Positions 1 to 12,245 of a stretch of DNA of 64,000 nucleotides are shown here, in pieces; position 1 is the stretch's first letter, and every line of letters starts with the position of its first letter. The DNA lies in contig OZ024756.1 of the NCBI GenBank assembly GCA_964016885.1, positions 44,268,001-44,332,000 of the forward strand, given 5' to 3'. Made by a program: the position numbers and the translations under genes. Below the pieces are notes generated by a model that searched no databases, had not been told where the DNA came from, and worked only from the letters and a program-made list of their open reading frames with translations. Source of the DNA: Eledone cirrhosa. Taxonomy: Eukaryota.

Positions 1-123
1 AAGCAGTGAGAATTTCGGTACATAGAATCCAGTCCTCGCAAGCTGTTCGATCTACCGAATTATTATTATTTTTATATGAGCCGCCAGTGTCCGCGCATTG
101 CCTGGAGACTTAACTGAGAATAG

Positions 124-205
124 ACTTCCTGATGACGCAATGAATTCTCGACAGTTGGATTACATAACTGTCTTTATCCCATTGCAGAAACTAATTAGTT
201 GGAGT
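124..205 (+). ncRNA. Type I hammerhead ribozyme motif with long stem II
   Basis: Stem I acttc(124-128)/ggagt(201-205); CTGATGA 129-135; stem II gcaatg/cattgc enclosing gacagtt/aactgtc; GAAA 187-190; palindromic stem III A-CTAATTAG-T; predicted GUU cleavage after 200. Confidence 0.8.
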
Positions 206-274
206 GAAAATTTAAGTAAGAAAAAAATTTTTTTTAAATTTTTTTTAAAAAAATATTTTCTTATTTTACGTCCT

Positions 275-765
<491 letters not shown>

Positions 766-811
766 ATAAATAAATAACAAAGAACGCTTATAGCATATGC
801 ATATCTTTACT

Positions 812-857
812 TGCTAACATTGTTTCATCCACACTATAAGTGGGACTCATCAGAGCA
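812..857 (-). ncRNA. Minimal hammerhead ribozyme (left arm)
   Basis: Minus strand: tgct CTGATGA gtcccac ttata gtgtggat GAAA caatg TT agca. Confidence 0.75.
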
Positions 858-3011
858 TAAAGGTTAAATTACATACCATACAAGCAATAACAAATCCAAG
901 ACATTGAAGAATGAAGGTAATAATAGACGATAGAGGATAAGAATAAAAAGTAAATAAAAATAAAAGTGAAAATAAAAATAAAAATAAAAATAAGGGGTGC
1001 TATCTGTCACAGTTGGGCGGTGTGCTGTCAACATATAGTTACATACAAGTGATGTAATGTATTTATGTAAAGCGTATACTGTGATTTAGGCTGCACTAGT
1101 AGAAATTTAGCCTGTAACTGTGGCGGACCCGAGCCATCCTGCCGTAAGCAGTGGATACGTGGCGCATATATGTGTTGCCCTCATATTCTGTGGTTCAAGA
1201 TCTACAGGCTGACCTCTGGGAACTCTTACCCGGGGTTGTAGTCTTTCTGGCACGATCGGCCTTCCTTATATTGACGGTCGTTTTTATGATCCCGAAAGTA
1301 ACGTTTTGGCCCCGATGGCCCTCCGTAGTTACTAACGGTCTGTGTACACTCGAATCGGTCAATGGCACGTGCAGACATGAATATCTCCGTAGGATTTCAA
1401 CTGTATTTTAATACATCTCATCGTATGTATTTGTTTGAATATATTACCTGTGGTGGTGGGTCTGGTCTAATGTGGTATTTCGGTGTTTAATATTTAATAT
1501 TGTATTTAATATCGTATTTAATATCGACTTTGACCCGGGTATCCTACGCTGTGTGTGTGTGCGTGTGTGCCCGTGTATACATTTATATGTGTATGGGTGT
1601 AGGTGGTTATATGTGTCTGTGTGTATATATATAAAAAAATATATATATATATATATATGTATACCGTCTCTGCATGTGCATGTGGTGTGTATACGTGCAT
1701 ATACGTACTGAACATATTGATGTGTACAATCTTGTGATGTCCCAATGCGGTGACTTAATGGCTTTTATATTTTGTATTTTGCATGCGCTACAACTGTACC
1801 TGCTTGCTTTAACCTAACGCTTGCATGTGAATTCTTCTAACTCCTTTGATGCACCTTTCTGACCATTTGACTCCTGCCCGTGTTGAACCGGTTTGTGATT
1901 ACCCCACCGCTCGAGTGATACTGGTGACTGTGACACTTAGCGCCTTCGTGGGCCCCTGATGTTCTCAAGAAATATATATTTTTAAAAAATTGGTGTGTGA
2001 ACCGGTTTGTGAATGCACACCCATGACTTTCGAGTGAACTTTCGAGACTGCCCAACCTGGGACGCCTCCATTGCCTTGCAATGGTCAAGTGACACTGGTG
2101 ACTGTGACACTTAGTGCCTTCGTGGGCCCCTGATGTTTTCAAGAAATGTATTTTGAAAAATTGGTCAAGTGATACACATAACTGTGACATTTAGTGCCTT
2201 CGTGGGCCCCTGATATATTCAAGAGATATATTCTAAAAAAATATATATCTTATCTCAATTTACTTTATTTCATTTTATTTTATTTCATTTCATGTTATCT
2301 AATTTTATTTATTTACTTACTTGACTCCATTTATTTATTTATATTTAAGTTTAGATTTTAATTTAAAAATTTTAAAATTTAAATTTTAATTTTATTTATT
2401 TATTTAATTTTTAATTTTTATTTATTTATTTCTTTACTTATTTATTTAATTACATTTAATTACATTTAATTATACATATAATTATAATTACACATTTGAT
2501 TTTAATTTTAATTTAGTCTATGTTATTTGATTTTAGTTTACCTTATTTTATCTTATTTTACGATTATACTATATTATGTTCTATGTATATAATTTTTAAT
2601 TTTTAATTGTATATTATTTTATCTCATTCCTTACCCTATATTTTATATTTTATATGTAAGTTTGTTATGTATTTCTTTGTATTTCTTTTTATATATATTA
2701 TAAGTCTGTTTTTTACCTATTTTTTACCTACTCTTACCTAATCCCATTATCTTATCTACTCTTGTCTGTTCTCTTATCCATGTGTCTACTCTTGTCTGTT
2801 CTCTTATCCATGTGTATGCTTGTATGTAACTATATGTTGACAGCACACCGCCCAACTGTGACAGATAGCACCCCTTATTTTTATTTTTATTTTTATTTTC
2901 ACTTTTATTTTTATTTACTTTTTATTCTTATCCTCTATCGTCTATTATTACCTTTCATTCTTCAATGTCTTGGATTTGTTATTGCTTGTATGGTATGTAA
3001 TTTAACCTTTA

Positions 3012-3057
3012 TGCTCTTATGAGTCCCAGTTATAGTGTGGATGAAACAATGTTAGCA
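3012..3057 (+). ncRNA. Hammerhead copy with mutated core (CTTATGA), probably inactive
   Basis: Homologous to 812-857 but with G5>U in the CUGANGA box. Confidence 0.6.
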
Positions 3058-3250
3058 AGTAAAGATATGCATATGCTATAAGCGTTCTTTGTTATTTATT
3101 TATTATATTACGGCTCTGTCCTCAGACATTGAGCTAACCTCATACTGCCTGCTGGATAAGTGGAGTGTTATACACCCCTGATCCTTTCCCTAGCATACTA
3201 TAAATATATATATATATATAAATATATATATATATAAATATATATATATA

Positions 3251-3282
<32 letters not shown>

Positions 3283-3338
3283 ATTATATATATATAAATA
3301 TATAAATATATATATATATATATAATTATATATATATA

Positions 3339-3402
<64 letters not shown>

Positions 3403-3416
3403 AATATATATATATA

Positions 3417-3448
<32 letters not shown>

Positions 3449-3476
3449 AATATATATATATAAATATATATATATA

Positions 3477-3514
<38 letters not shown>

Positions 3515-3551
3515 AATATATAAATATATATATATATATAAATATACATAT

Positions 3552-3589
<38 letters not shown>

Positions 3590-3846
3590 GAATAAATATA
3601 TATATATATATATATATATATGAATAAATATATATATATATAAATAAATATATATATATATATATGAATAAATATATATATATATATATATATATGAATA
3701 AATATATATATATATATATAAATATATATATATATAAAAATATATATACATATATATGCGCAAACTGAGCACAGAACACACACACAGAAACAAAATGGCG
3801 TAGGATAGAAGAAAGGAAAGGCACAGAAACGAAGAAAGGAATCCCC

Positions 3847-3891
3847 AGTCACTGAAGAGGTCACAGAGTGTGTGACGAAAGGACTATGACT
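3847..3891 (+). ncRNA. Minimal hammerhead ribozyme
   Basis: agtca CTGAAGA g gtcaca gagtg tgtgac GAAA ggac TA tgact; perfect 5-bp stem I and 6-bp stem II; in a short island between (TA)n tracts. Confidence 0.8.
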
Positions 3892-3982
3892 ATATATAAA
3901 CAACTATCTGGTTGTAGAACCAACCAACCAACCAGAAATTTATAAGTTTGTAAATTTGTAAATTTATAAATTTATAAATATA

Positions 3983-4112
3983 TAATAAATCGAAGTGAAA
4001 GCAACTGGTGCGTGTCTTTCTTATTGGCAACATGACCCTCCCAAAGTATAACAATATCGGTTTCAACACACGATTTCAGATAAAGAATCTTGCTAAACAA
4101 ATTCAGAAACGA
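3983..4112 (-). mobile_element. Short dispersed repeat in (TA)n, second copy at 40028-40156
   Basis: Near-identical agtgaaagcaactggtgcgt...caaattcagaaacga at both sites; only a degenerate HHR-like remnant on the minus strand. Confidence 0.7.
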
Positions 4113-4355
4113 TATATATATATACATATACATATATACATATACATATATATATGTATATACATATATGTATATATATATACATATACATATATATACA
4201 TATATATGTATATACATATATATATACATATATATACATATATATGTATATACATATATATATACATACATATATATATACATACATATATATATACATA
4301 TATATATATATATATGTATATACATATATATATACATACATATATATATACATAC

Positions 4356-4388
<33 letters not shown>

Positions 4389-4417
4389 CATATATATGTA
4401 TATACATATATATATAC

Positions 4418-4482
<65 letters not shown>

Positions 4483-4581
4483 CATATACACACATATATA
4501 TACATACACACACACATATATATATATACACACACACATATATATATATACACACACATATATATATATAGATATACACAC

Positions 4582-4612
<31 letters not shown>

Positions 4613-4664
4613 CACATATATATACACATTAGGAAGGTAGCCAACACATAGAGTATAAATATCT

Positions 4665-4745
4665 AATATAGAAATGGCTTCTGTAGGACTAAAACGGTTT
4701 CCTGATGATTTCCTTCGAATGAAACAGTTCTAGTATTGTTGAAGC
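4665..4745 (+). mobile_element. Short repeat with degenerate HHR-like core, inverted homologue at 13163-13250
   Basis: CTGATGA t ttc cttc gaa t GAAA cagttcta; same core on the minus strand near 13165-13200; stem I is not convincing. Confidence 0.5.
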
Positions 4746-4774
4746 TATATGTATATCTCTCTCATCTCTCTGTC

Positions 4775-4863
<89 letters not shown>

Positions 4864-4865
<2 letters not shown>

Positions 4866-5125
4866 AAGGCGGGTAAAATTCCCGAGATCCATGGACGAGT
4901 TCTCTCCAGCGGTCTCTGTCCCTCATTATCGCTGCCATGTCCTGCGTCTCCAACAGACCAGTGTCTGTCCTTAGGGCATCAACATACGTTAACCTTTTGT
5001 CTTCCCCTTCTAGTGTGTCCATGTAGGGGCTCCCAAAGGAGCACTGAGTGCAATGTCAACTCTGGATGTCGGTGAACATGTCCAGCTAACCTCAGTCTCC
5101 TCTGTGTCACTTTTGAGCTGACTTT
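4864..5125 (-). mobile_element. 5'-truncated RTE-type LINE, 3' end of RT ORF (frameshifted)
   Basis: Minus strand reads [40 protein letters not shown] / [34 protein letters not shown]...*, the typical RTE-like C-terminus; flanked by (TA)n. Confidence 0.8.
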
Positions 5126-5129
5126 TGAG

Positions 5130-5172
<43 letters not shown>

Positions 5173-5207
5173 GACATACCTAACTGTACCAAGGATTACA
5201 CACATTT

Positions 5208-5267
<60 letters not shown>

Positions 5268-5366
5268 TGCACCAGCATGGTCATTGCTGGATGGCTGGAA
5301 CAGCTAAAAGAGTAAAAGTATATACATATATTAGAGAAATACTGAGGTTGGTAAATATGAGCACAC

Positions 5367-5421
<55 letters not shown>

Positions 5422-5698
5422 GACGTATAATGCAATTGAATGTATCTCAATGTAAAGTAGAACAGTCGTTCGCAAATGTAAATGTATTTAACAACATTAC
5501 TCATCAATGAAATACTTATACAGTTAACAGAATGTAAGTTACGGTTTCCAAGTCGAAATGATTTTCCTAGTGCTGAGCTTATGTCTTGACAAGCGTAATT
5601 GCAGCATTTTGTCGCGAGCGCCAACAAGCGTAGATTTTGACAAGATAATGTAGTATCGTAAACACCAAGGTGACGACAGTGCACATACATTAATTCAA

Positions 5699-5742
<44 letters not shown>

Positions 5743-5886
5743 TTGTAAATGTATGCAATTAAGAAGAAATTCTCTCTCCTCTCTCTCTTTTTACATACAC
5801 ACACACAACTATGTGTATATATAATGTACAAAGATTCTTATATACACACATATATATATACTGGATAAAATTTTGCTTCTCTGAAA

Positions 5887-6002
5887 TAACTGTTTCTACT
5901 TCTGGCACAAGGCCAGCAATTACCCAGTGTGTTACCGGTACTTTATTTTATCGACCCCGTAAGGATGAAAGGCAAAGTTAACCTCGGCGGGATTTGAACT
6001 CA
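5887..6002 (-). mobile_element. tRNA-derived SINE, 3' part
   Basis: Reverse complement of the SINE at 9730-9919. Confidence 0.85.
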
Positions 6003-6054
6003 CTGAAATAACGATGTCTAAACACATACCTGTGTGTATGAGCTAGACCAGTCT

Positions 6055-6812
6055 TTAGATGAAGATGAAGTTTCGTAAAAGAGAAACTAATAATGTGGAT
6101 GAAGTTTCTTAAGAGAGAAACTAAGAATGTATATAACGAAAAAAGAAACCAAGAATGTAAAAGAAATTTTTAAATAAAGAAACTAAGTATGTAGACGAAG
6201 TGTCATAAAGGGAGAAAGAAAGTAAATGAAGTTTCTTAAGAAGAAACTAAGAATGTAAATGATTCAAAACGAGGCGGGTGTAATATTCACCCTGACTAAA
6301 GATGACATATCTCACAAGATTCTGGTTAATATTAAGCAGAATATAGCAACCAACATCATGTGTGACAGGAGCAAGTCTTCCAAAATGAATTTACAAAACA
6401 CGAGCATATCATGAAGGGAACAAGAAATATATTATTTAAATAATAAAGAAAATAAGCTAAATTCTATTTGATATGTGGGAGGTGTATTACATTAGAAATA
6501 CAACAGCATGTGGATGTGTGGCAGTAGCTAAACAAAACTATCGTCTAAATAATTATTGCTGACATGGAGGGAAAAAGATTTCTAAAACTCAGAATGTAAA
6601 TGTTACGTAGGTTAAAACGATATCTATTTAACCCCTGATTACAAAATACAAGGATATCATGAAGGAATATATTATTTACCAACATAAATAATAAAAATGA
6701 ATATATTCTTTTGTGGGAGGGGGTGTTGTATTACATTAGAATGGAAGGTGTGGCAGAAGCTGAACAAAACTAACGTTTAAATAATTATTTCTGACATTAT
6801 GGAGGGAAATAA
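6055..6812. repeat. Diverged tandem repeats: ~35-40-bp units at 6055-6265 and a ~250-bp duplication at about 6400-6570/6650-6810
   Basis: Recurrent gaagtttc..aa.agagaaactaa.aatgt; two copies of gtattacattagaa...gtgtggcag.agct.aacaaaacta.cgt.taaataattatt.ctgacat. Confidence 0.65.
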
Positions 6813-6984
6813 ACAGATGTTTCAATAAAACCGATCAACATAAAGCTGTACTTTACCTCCGTAAAATTAGTAGAATCCAAGTTTTTAACGTTTTTATTCA
6901 CGTTGGAAAACATGAAGTTCTTGGGGCGAATTGTTTTTACTAAAGTACGCATGCACCGAAAAAAGTATTTATGTGAAGTCGTCG

Positions 6985-7090
6985 GTCTTTACAATCGTGA
7001 GTTCGATTCTCACACGGGGCTTTGTGTTGTGTTCTTGAGCAAGACACTTTATTTCACGTTGCTCCAAATCATTCAGCAGTAGAAATAAGT
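6985..7090 (+). mobile_element. Second tRNA-derived SINE family fragment
   Basis: B-box gagttcgattc followed by ttgtgttcttgagcaagacactttatttcacgttgctcc. Confidence 0.6.
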
Positions 7091-8604
7091 TGGAGAAGAT
7101 CAGTGACGTGGAGCTATACCCACTGTTGACAACAAAAGGTTTCTCTCTACATACAAGAGGACACGTGTGAAAGAAATAGAGAAGATAATAAAAATGTAGC
7201 TGTGTGCAGAGGTTTATTAGAAGGAAAGGTATAGAGAAGAGGATTTACATATTTTTCTTAGTTGAGAGTATATAGCTTTATATGTATGTCTCTAAAAAGA
7301 TAGTAAAACGTATTTTTGTGTCTCAAGAATATCTGCTAGTGTCTCAGGTAGGGAATTTTATTCATGTTGGTGAGTTGCACCAGGCCTCTCTATATATTCT
7401 TTTCAACAAATTAAAAATATAGATTACTTACCTCCATATAGACGTCAGTCCAGCCACATTAATGACATTTATTAGTAAGTGGAAGACAATTAATATGTTA
7501 AACTGATATTTTTTATTAGTGTTCTATATGTTAGTGAAGGACAGGTACACTGGTTCTCAACAATACCCAGATGATGGCATGCTAAACTTGTGAGAATGGG
7601 ACACTTGGAGAGGATATAGGCACTGTCAAATATTTCTAAGGCTCACTGAACTGTCCGTGATGGAGATACAGTAAAACATATAGAATAGCTCTGATTAATG
7701 TATTTTTATGGTAATCTAAGTTGCAACAATACACCACTCCTTCCTAATGAGAAATTCCAAGTGTAAATCCTGTGTATAACATTGGTAAACTTAAGTGAAG
7801 GTAAGTAATTTGGAGTAAACATATATATTTGTATATGCACTATATTCTGGAAGGAGGAGTGTGTTGGTAAATATTATGAACTATGTTAACGAATTTGCTC
7901 ATTCGTCATTGGCTTAAACATATATGACGATTGCTAATGCAAGCAGCTATTTAGCTTACCGCTTAGAACATCATCGCAATTCTATATTGACAGCTGTAAT
8001 GATCGGATTGTGTGAAAATCAACATAGATTTTGACAGCATAATGTAGTATTATTTGGAGTAACATAGAGTACCTACCATCCTATAAATTAATTGAAATGT
8101 AGCACATGTTGTGTCGGAAGAATGTTATAGTTGGTTTAACTATTTCTCAATACGACAGGCGGTCAATTTGGCAACATTACTCGAATGTTTTACAAAATAT
8201 GCTATATTGAATCACTACACTTTACCTTCTCGGTTCAAATCCGTCCGGTGTCAAATCTACATTTCTCCCTTCCATAGTCGCTAAAATAATGTACCATTTT
8301 AATACCAGACTATGTTACGTCTTTCCCTAATTTGTGGCTTATCTAAACAAAACAACTATTTTCTTTCGACACCTAATATTTCACACAAAAATTGCACCAA
8401 TTTTGACCTCATTTGGTTTGATTTCGGAAGCATTGTTGTCATCACAGCACTTACAACACACAAACAACATTGTTGTCGTTACGGGATTGGTGTTTGTTTT
8501 ACAAGATTCGGAATATTTTCCTGGAAAGTGTTACTTTCATCATGTTTCCAGAGAAGCATCAGCTGCTCCTTGAAGAGATTCCCACGTTCGAAAGATGCTG
8601 CTGC

Positions 8605-8745
8605 TACTTTATTTTAGCCACTCCAGAAGGATGAAAGGCAAAGTCGACCTTTGTGGAAATTGAATTCAGATTTTAAAGAGCCGGAACAGATGTTATAAAA
8701 AATGTTGTACAATAATTTAATGAAATTTCCAGTCCATCACCTTAA
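8605..8745 (-). mobile_element. tRNA-derived SINE, diverged copy
   Basis: aaggatgaaaggcaaagtcgacct...tgaattcaga matches the reverse complement of the main SINE. Confidence 0.7.
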
Positions 8746-9478
8746 CTATATGTAAGAATAACATTTGTTGTTCCAAAACTTGTGTAAAAGTGTAAAAAAA
8801 TAATATATATATATATATACAAAAATATAAGAAACTAATATAAGATCCGTGTTGTTTTCTTTTGTTTTTATATTTTTGGCTGAATACAATAATTAAGAAT
8901 TAAAAACTAATAATAGGAACAGGGTTATTTCTCATTTAAAGCGACTACTCGTCATGACAATGGAATAAATTATATATTCAAGATATAACATTCCCCAGAA
9001 AAATGTCTTCGAGCTACTGATAAGCGTCACAATTAATGAACATTTAAAACATCCAGACTATATTTGTTTACCTATCTCCCAACCGTTTGTCTGAATGATC
9101 GTAATCTTAAATTAAATTATCTTGTAGACAATTTTAACTGAATCAATGCTTTTGTTTCTCTACCTTTGTTTTTTCTTTCACGAAAAAGCTATAAAAGTAA
9201 TAACTAAATATATATAATCACTGTTTTCATCGATTTCTTATTGATTGTTATATTTTGATATAATTTCAGTTCTAAATCAAACTCTATTTAATATAAAGCC
9301 GTGCCTATGTTAACTGCTGCGAGCAAAATGTGACACGTAGAGAATAACTTTAGAGTGGAAATATAATGAATTGTAAAGAATAGAAAAATATATAACATAG
9401 AAATTAAATAACAGTTTGATTGTTTTAATGTGGGCTGATTTATGCAATAGCTTGTGTAGGTGTAAGTATAATGTGTAT

Positions 9479-9548
<70 letters not shown>

Positions 9549-9588
9549 GATATTAAACAAATGGAAACTATATTTATAAAACCATATT

Positions 9589-9654
9589 TATTTCATTATA
9601 CATATTTCAGGGATACCATATTAAAAATATGGCATGCCTTCGTCAGATAAAATA
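9589..9654 (-). ncRNA. Hammerhead ribozyme (F4, inverted arm)
   Basis: Reverse complement of 10180-10245. Confidence 0.8.
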
Positions 9655-9729
9655 CAATATATAAACAGTTTTATAAATAATTTTGACGTACCCTATTATA
9701 AGCGACCATTATATTTGGAAGCTGTCTGG

Positions 9730-9919
9730 TGGAAGGGCGGTGGATTGGCAGTATCAGTAGAGAGTCGGACGCCATGCTTTCCAGTATAGTTACGCCCCTT
9801 TACGGTCTGAGTTCAAATCCCGCCGAGGTTAACTTTGCCTTTCATCCTTACGGGGTCGATAAAATAAAGTACCAGTAATGTACTGGGTAATTGCTGGCCT
9901 TGTGCCAAAAGTAGAAACA
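9730..9919 (+). mobile_element. Full-length tRNA-derived SINE with 22-bp TSD
   Basis: A-box-like tggcagtatcagtag; B-box gagttcaaatcc; TSD attatatttggaagctgtctgg at 9708-9729 and 9920-9941; the partner arm lacks the insert. Confidence 0.9.
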
Positions 9920-10179
9920 ATTATATTTGGAAGCTGTCTGGATAGTGATTTGTTTATAATTATTTAGTTATTATTTCTCTCTCTCCTTCTTTCCCTCTCC
10001 CCTCTCTCTCTCTGTTTTTTCTTTACCTCCGTTTTTTCTTTCTCTCCGTCTTTTTTCTAACTGTGCTTAACACTATAACTAAATAATTATAAACAAATCA
10101 CTATCCAGACAGCTTCCAAATATAATGGTCGCTTATAATAGGGTACGTCAAAATTATTTATAAAACTGTTTATATATTG

Positions 10180-10245
10180 TATTTTATCTGACGAAGGCAT
10201 GCCATATTTTTAATATGGTATCCCTGAAATATGTATAATGAAATA
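10180..10245 (+). ncRNA. Hammerhead ribozyme (F4)
   Basis: tattttat CTGACGA agg..atgccatatt..aatatggtat.cct GAAA tatgta TA atgaaata; 8-bp stem I; predicted AUA cleavage after 10237. Confidence 0.82.
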
Positions 10246-10412
10246 AATATGGTTTTATAAATATAGTTTCCATTTGTTTAATATCGTATATCTACTCCCA
10301 AAACTTGTCGAGTGCTTTATATCAGTTATAAAATATTTACTTGTTGTAACCCAATAATTTTAAATAAAACTTTTGCATATATATATATATGTGGAAGGTA
10401 TACGGAAGGTAT

Positions 10413-10455
10413 ACGTTGCTGACGATAGCTAACAAGCTTGAAACTAGTACAGCGT
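10413..10455 (+). ncRNA. Minimal hammerhead ribozyme
   Basis: acgttg CTGACGA t agct aaca agct t GAAA ctag TA cagcgt; predicted GUA cleavage after 10449. Confidence 0.85.
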
Positions 10456-10760
10456 TCCTTTGTCAGTGTTGAACAAACGAGCAACGGTGGTTGCTAGACA
10501 CTACGGCTTAATACGGGATGTTTGTTTACAAACACAGCGAACATTATAATAAATGTTCGGTGAATCCATACGTGCATATATATATGTGTGCATGTATGTA
10601 TATATATATATACATACTACTATATGTCGGTATACATATATGTATGTACGTGTACATACTTATATTTAAGTAACAGCCGTACTAAGAGTGGGAAATGAAA
10701 TATCGTTTCATTTTTTCCGTTTATCGTTTTCGGTGCACCCGGCCGATTAACCCACTCGAT

Positions 10761-10809
10761 ATGCAAATTGGGCTACTCAGCCGTTAATATGCATAAGGTA
10801 AGTATATAC
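10761..10809 (+). promoter_or_regulatory. Candidate snRNA-type promoter cassette (octamer, PSE-like element, TATA)
   Basis: ATGCAAAT 10761-10768, ctcagccgttaa, gtatatac; the same motifs are conserved in the diverged 63-kb copies. Function is inferred. Confidence 0.4.
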
Positions 10810-10834
10810 GTTCAACAATCTGGCAGGAAGGTAT

Positions 10835-10877
10835 ACGTTGCTGACGATAACTAACAAGCTTGAAACTAGTACAGCGT
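10835..10877 (+). ncRNA. Minimal hammerhead ribozyme, second unit
   Basis: As 10413-10455 with one stem II mismatch (aact/agct). Confidence 0.75.
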
Positions 10878-11344
10878 TCCTTTGTCAGTGTTGAACAAAC
10901 GAGCAACGGTGGTTGCTAGACACTACGGCTTAATACGGGATGTTTGTTTACAAACACAGCGAGCATTATAATAAATGTTCGGTGAATCCATACGTGCATA
11001 TATATATGTGTGCATGTATGTATATATATATATATACATACTACTATACGTCGGTATACATATATGTATGTACGTGTACATACTTATATTTAAGTAACAG
11101 CCGTACTAAGAGTGGGAAATGAAATATCGTTTCATTTTTTCCGTTTATATATATATATATATATATACACCGAATTCAGGGACTAGACTCCTTCTTCCTC
11201 CCGTTTGACCTGTGCGGAATTCCTTCCTTGCTCACATTTCGACTAGGTTTGATTGTTTTTATTCTCTCTCGTTCACGATTTCACCGAACTTATATTTATG
11301 GAAATCTGGGACTTGACTCTTTCTTCCTCACTTTTCGTTGCATT

Positions 11345-11765
11345 AGTCTAATTTTGGTGCGGGAGGGTGGGGTGTGGGTCCTTGTTTACTATGGTTCAGC
11401 TAACCACCCAACTCCCGGGAATGAATATGACCGCAGCTAGTAAACAAGGACCCACACCCCACCCTCCCGCACCAAAATTAGACTTATCGTCCCCTACTTT
11501 TGCTCTTTACTCTCTTTACTCTTTGTTCTTGAATGTTTGGTTGGTAGAGTCCATAACACCAATCAAACCCCTTTTATAGCTCTGACGAATCCTACGGTTA
11601 CGTAAGGAAGAAACATTGTAAGCCAATAAAAATCTGTTGATGTTGTAGACGCTCTTGTGTTCTTTTTCATATATACGGCTCTGCTCCAAAGCATAGAGCT
11701 AATTATTATGCTGCCAATACCTTAATGGGACACGGGTATACAATACCTAACTCCTATTAACCTAA

Positions 11766-11767
<2 letters not shown>
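11345..11767 (+). mobile_element. Non-autonomous HHR element with 47-bp 5' inversion
   Basis: 11345-11391 is the reverse complement of 11438-11484; HHR downstream; ends cctaagta into (TA)n. Confidence 0.75.
11572..11631 (+). ncRNA. Minimal hammerhead ribozyme
   Basis: gct CTGACGA a tcct acg gtta cgt a agga a GAAA cattg TA agc, followed by AATAAA; predicted GUA cleavage after 11620. Confidence 0.8.
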
Positions 11768-11828
<61 letters not shown>

Positions 11829-11906
11829 TATGCTTATGAGTATGCATATATATATATATATATATATGAGTGTGCTTATATATACATATGTGTGCTTATG
11901 AGTATG

Positions 11907-11937
<31 letters not shown>

Positions 11938-12245
11938 TACTTACACACACACATCAAACTGCACACATATTGATACATATACACAAGGGAAATATAGAAA
12001 CGAAATAAAAATATAGAAACAAAATAATGTCTGATACGAATTTCTAACTGAGATATATTCTTGTGTAATTCTCCAACGTGATCCATATTAATAGAATGTC
12101 ATTCCACAACGGTGCAACAGAATAGTTTCACCTGACATTATTCTTACATTCCACTATTAGCATTTATTCCATTTAATTGAGATTTTGCTATCTTTTGTTC
12201 TTTATTCTATTCTCTGTGTTCTATTATGAGGGCAAGAATTGAAAC

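Larger units (their letters stand above)
9547..10378 (+). mobile_element. Non-autonomous HHR element (family F4) with 5' inverted arm, interrupted by a SINE
   Basis: 9547-9970 minus the SINE is the reverse complement of about 10074-10290; tail 10291-10378 runs into (TA)n; homologues at 45065-45243 and 46978-47555. Confidence 0.8.
10391..11148 (+). mobile_element. Tandem retrozyme-like element, 422-bp unit (about 1.75 copies), in (TA)n
   Basis: CTGACGA at 10419 and 10841; units nearly identical; homologous to the 61.6-63.9 kb array. Confidence 0.85.

Noticed and set aside
1920-2230. cccCTGATGttctcaaGAAA repeats as hammerheads
   Set aside because: The core is CTGATGT or CTGATAT and no stems I or III form.
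4040-4090. HHR in the 4.0/40.1-kb repeat family (minus strand CTGAAAT or CTGAAAA...GAAAccga)
   Set aside because: The core lacks G8 and the stems are weak; at most a remnant.
4702-4732. C/D-box snoRNA reading of the TGATGA motifs
   Set aside because: No properly spaced D box with a terminal stem; the CTGATGA...GAAA context fits HHR cores better.
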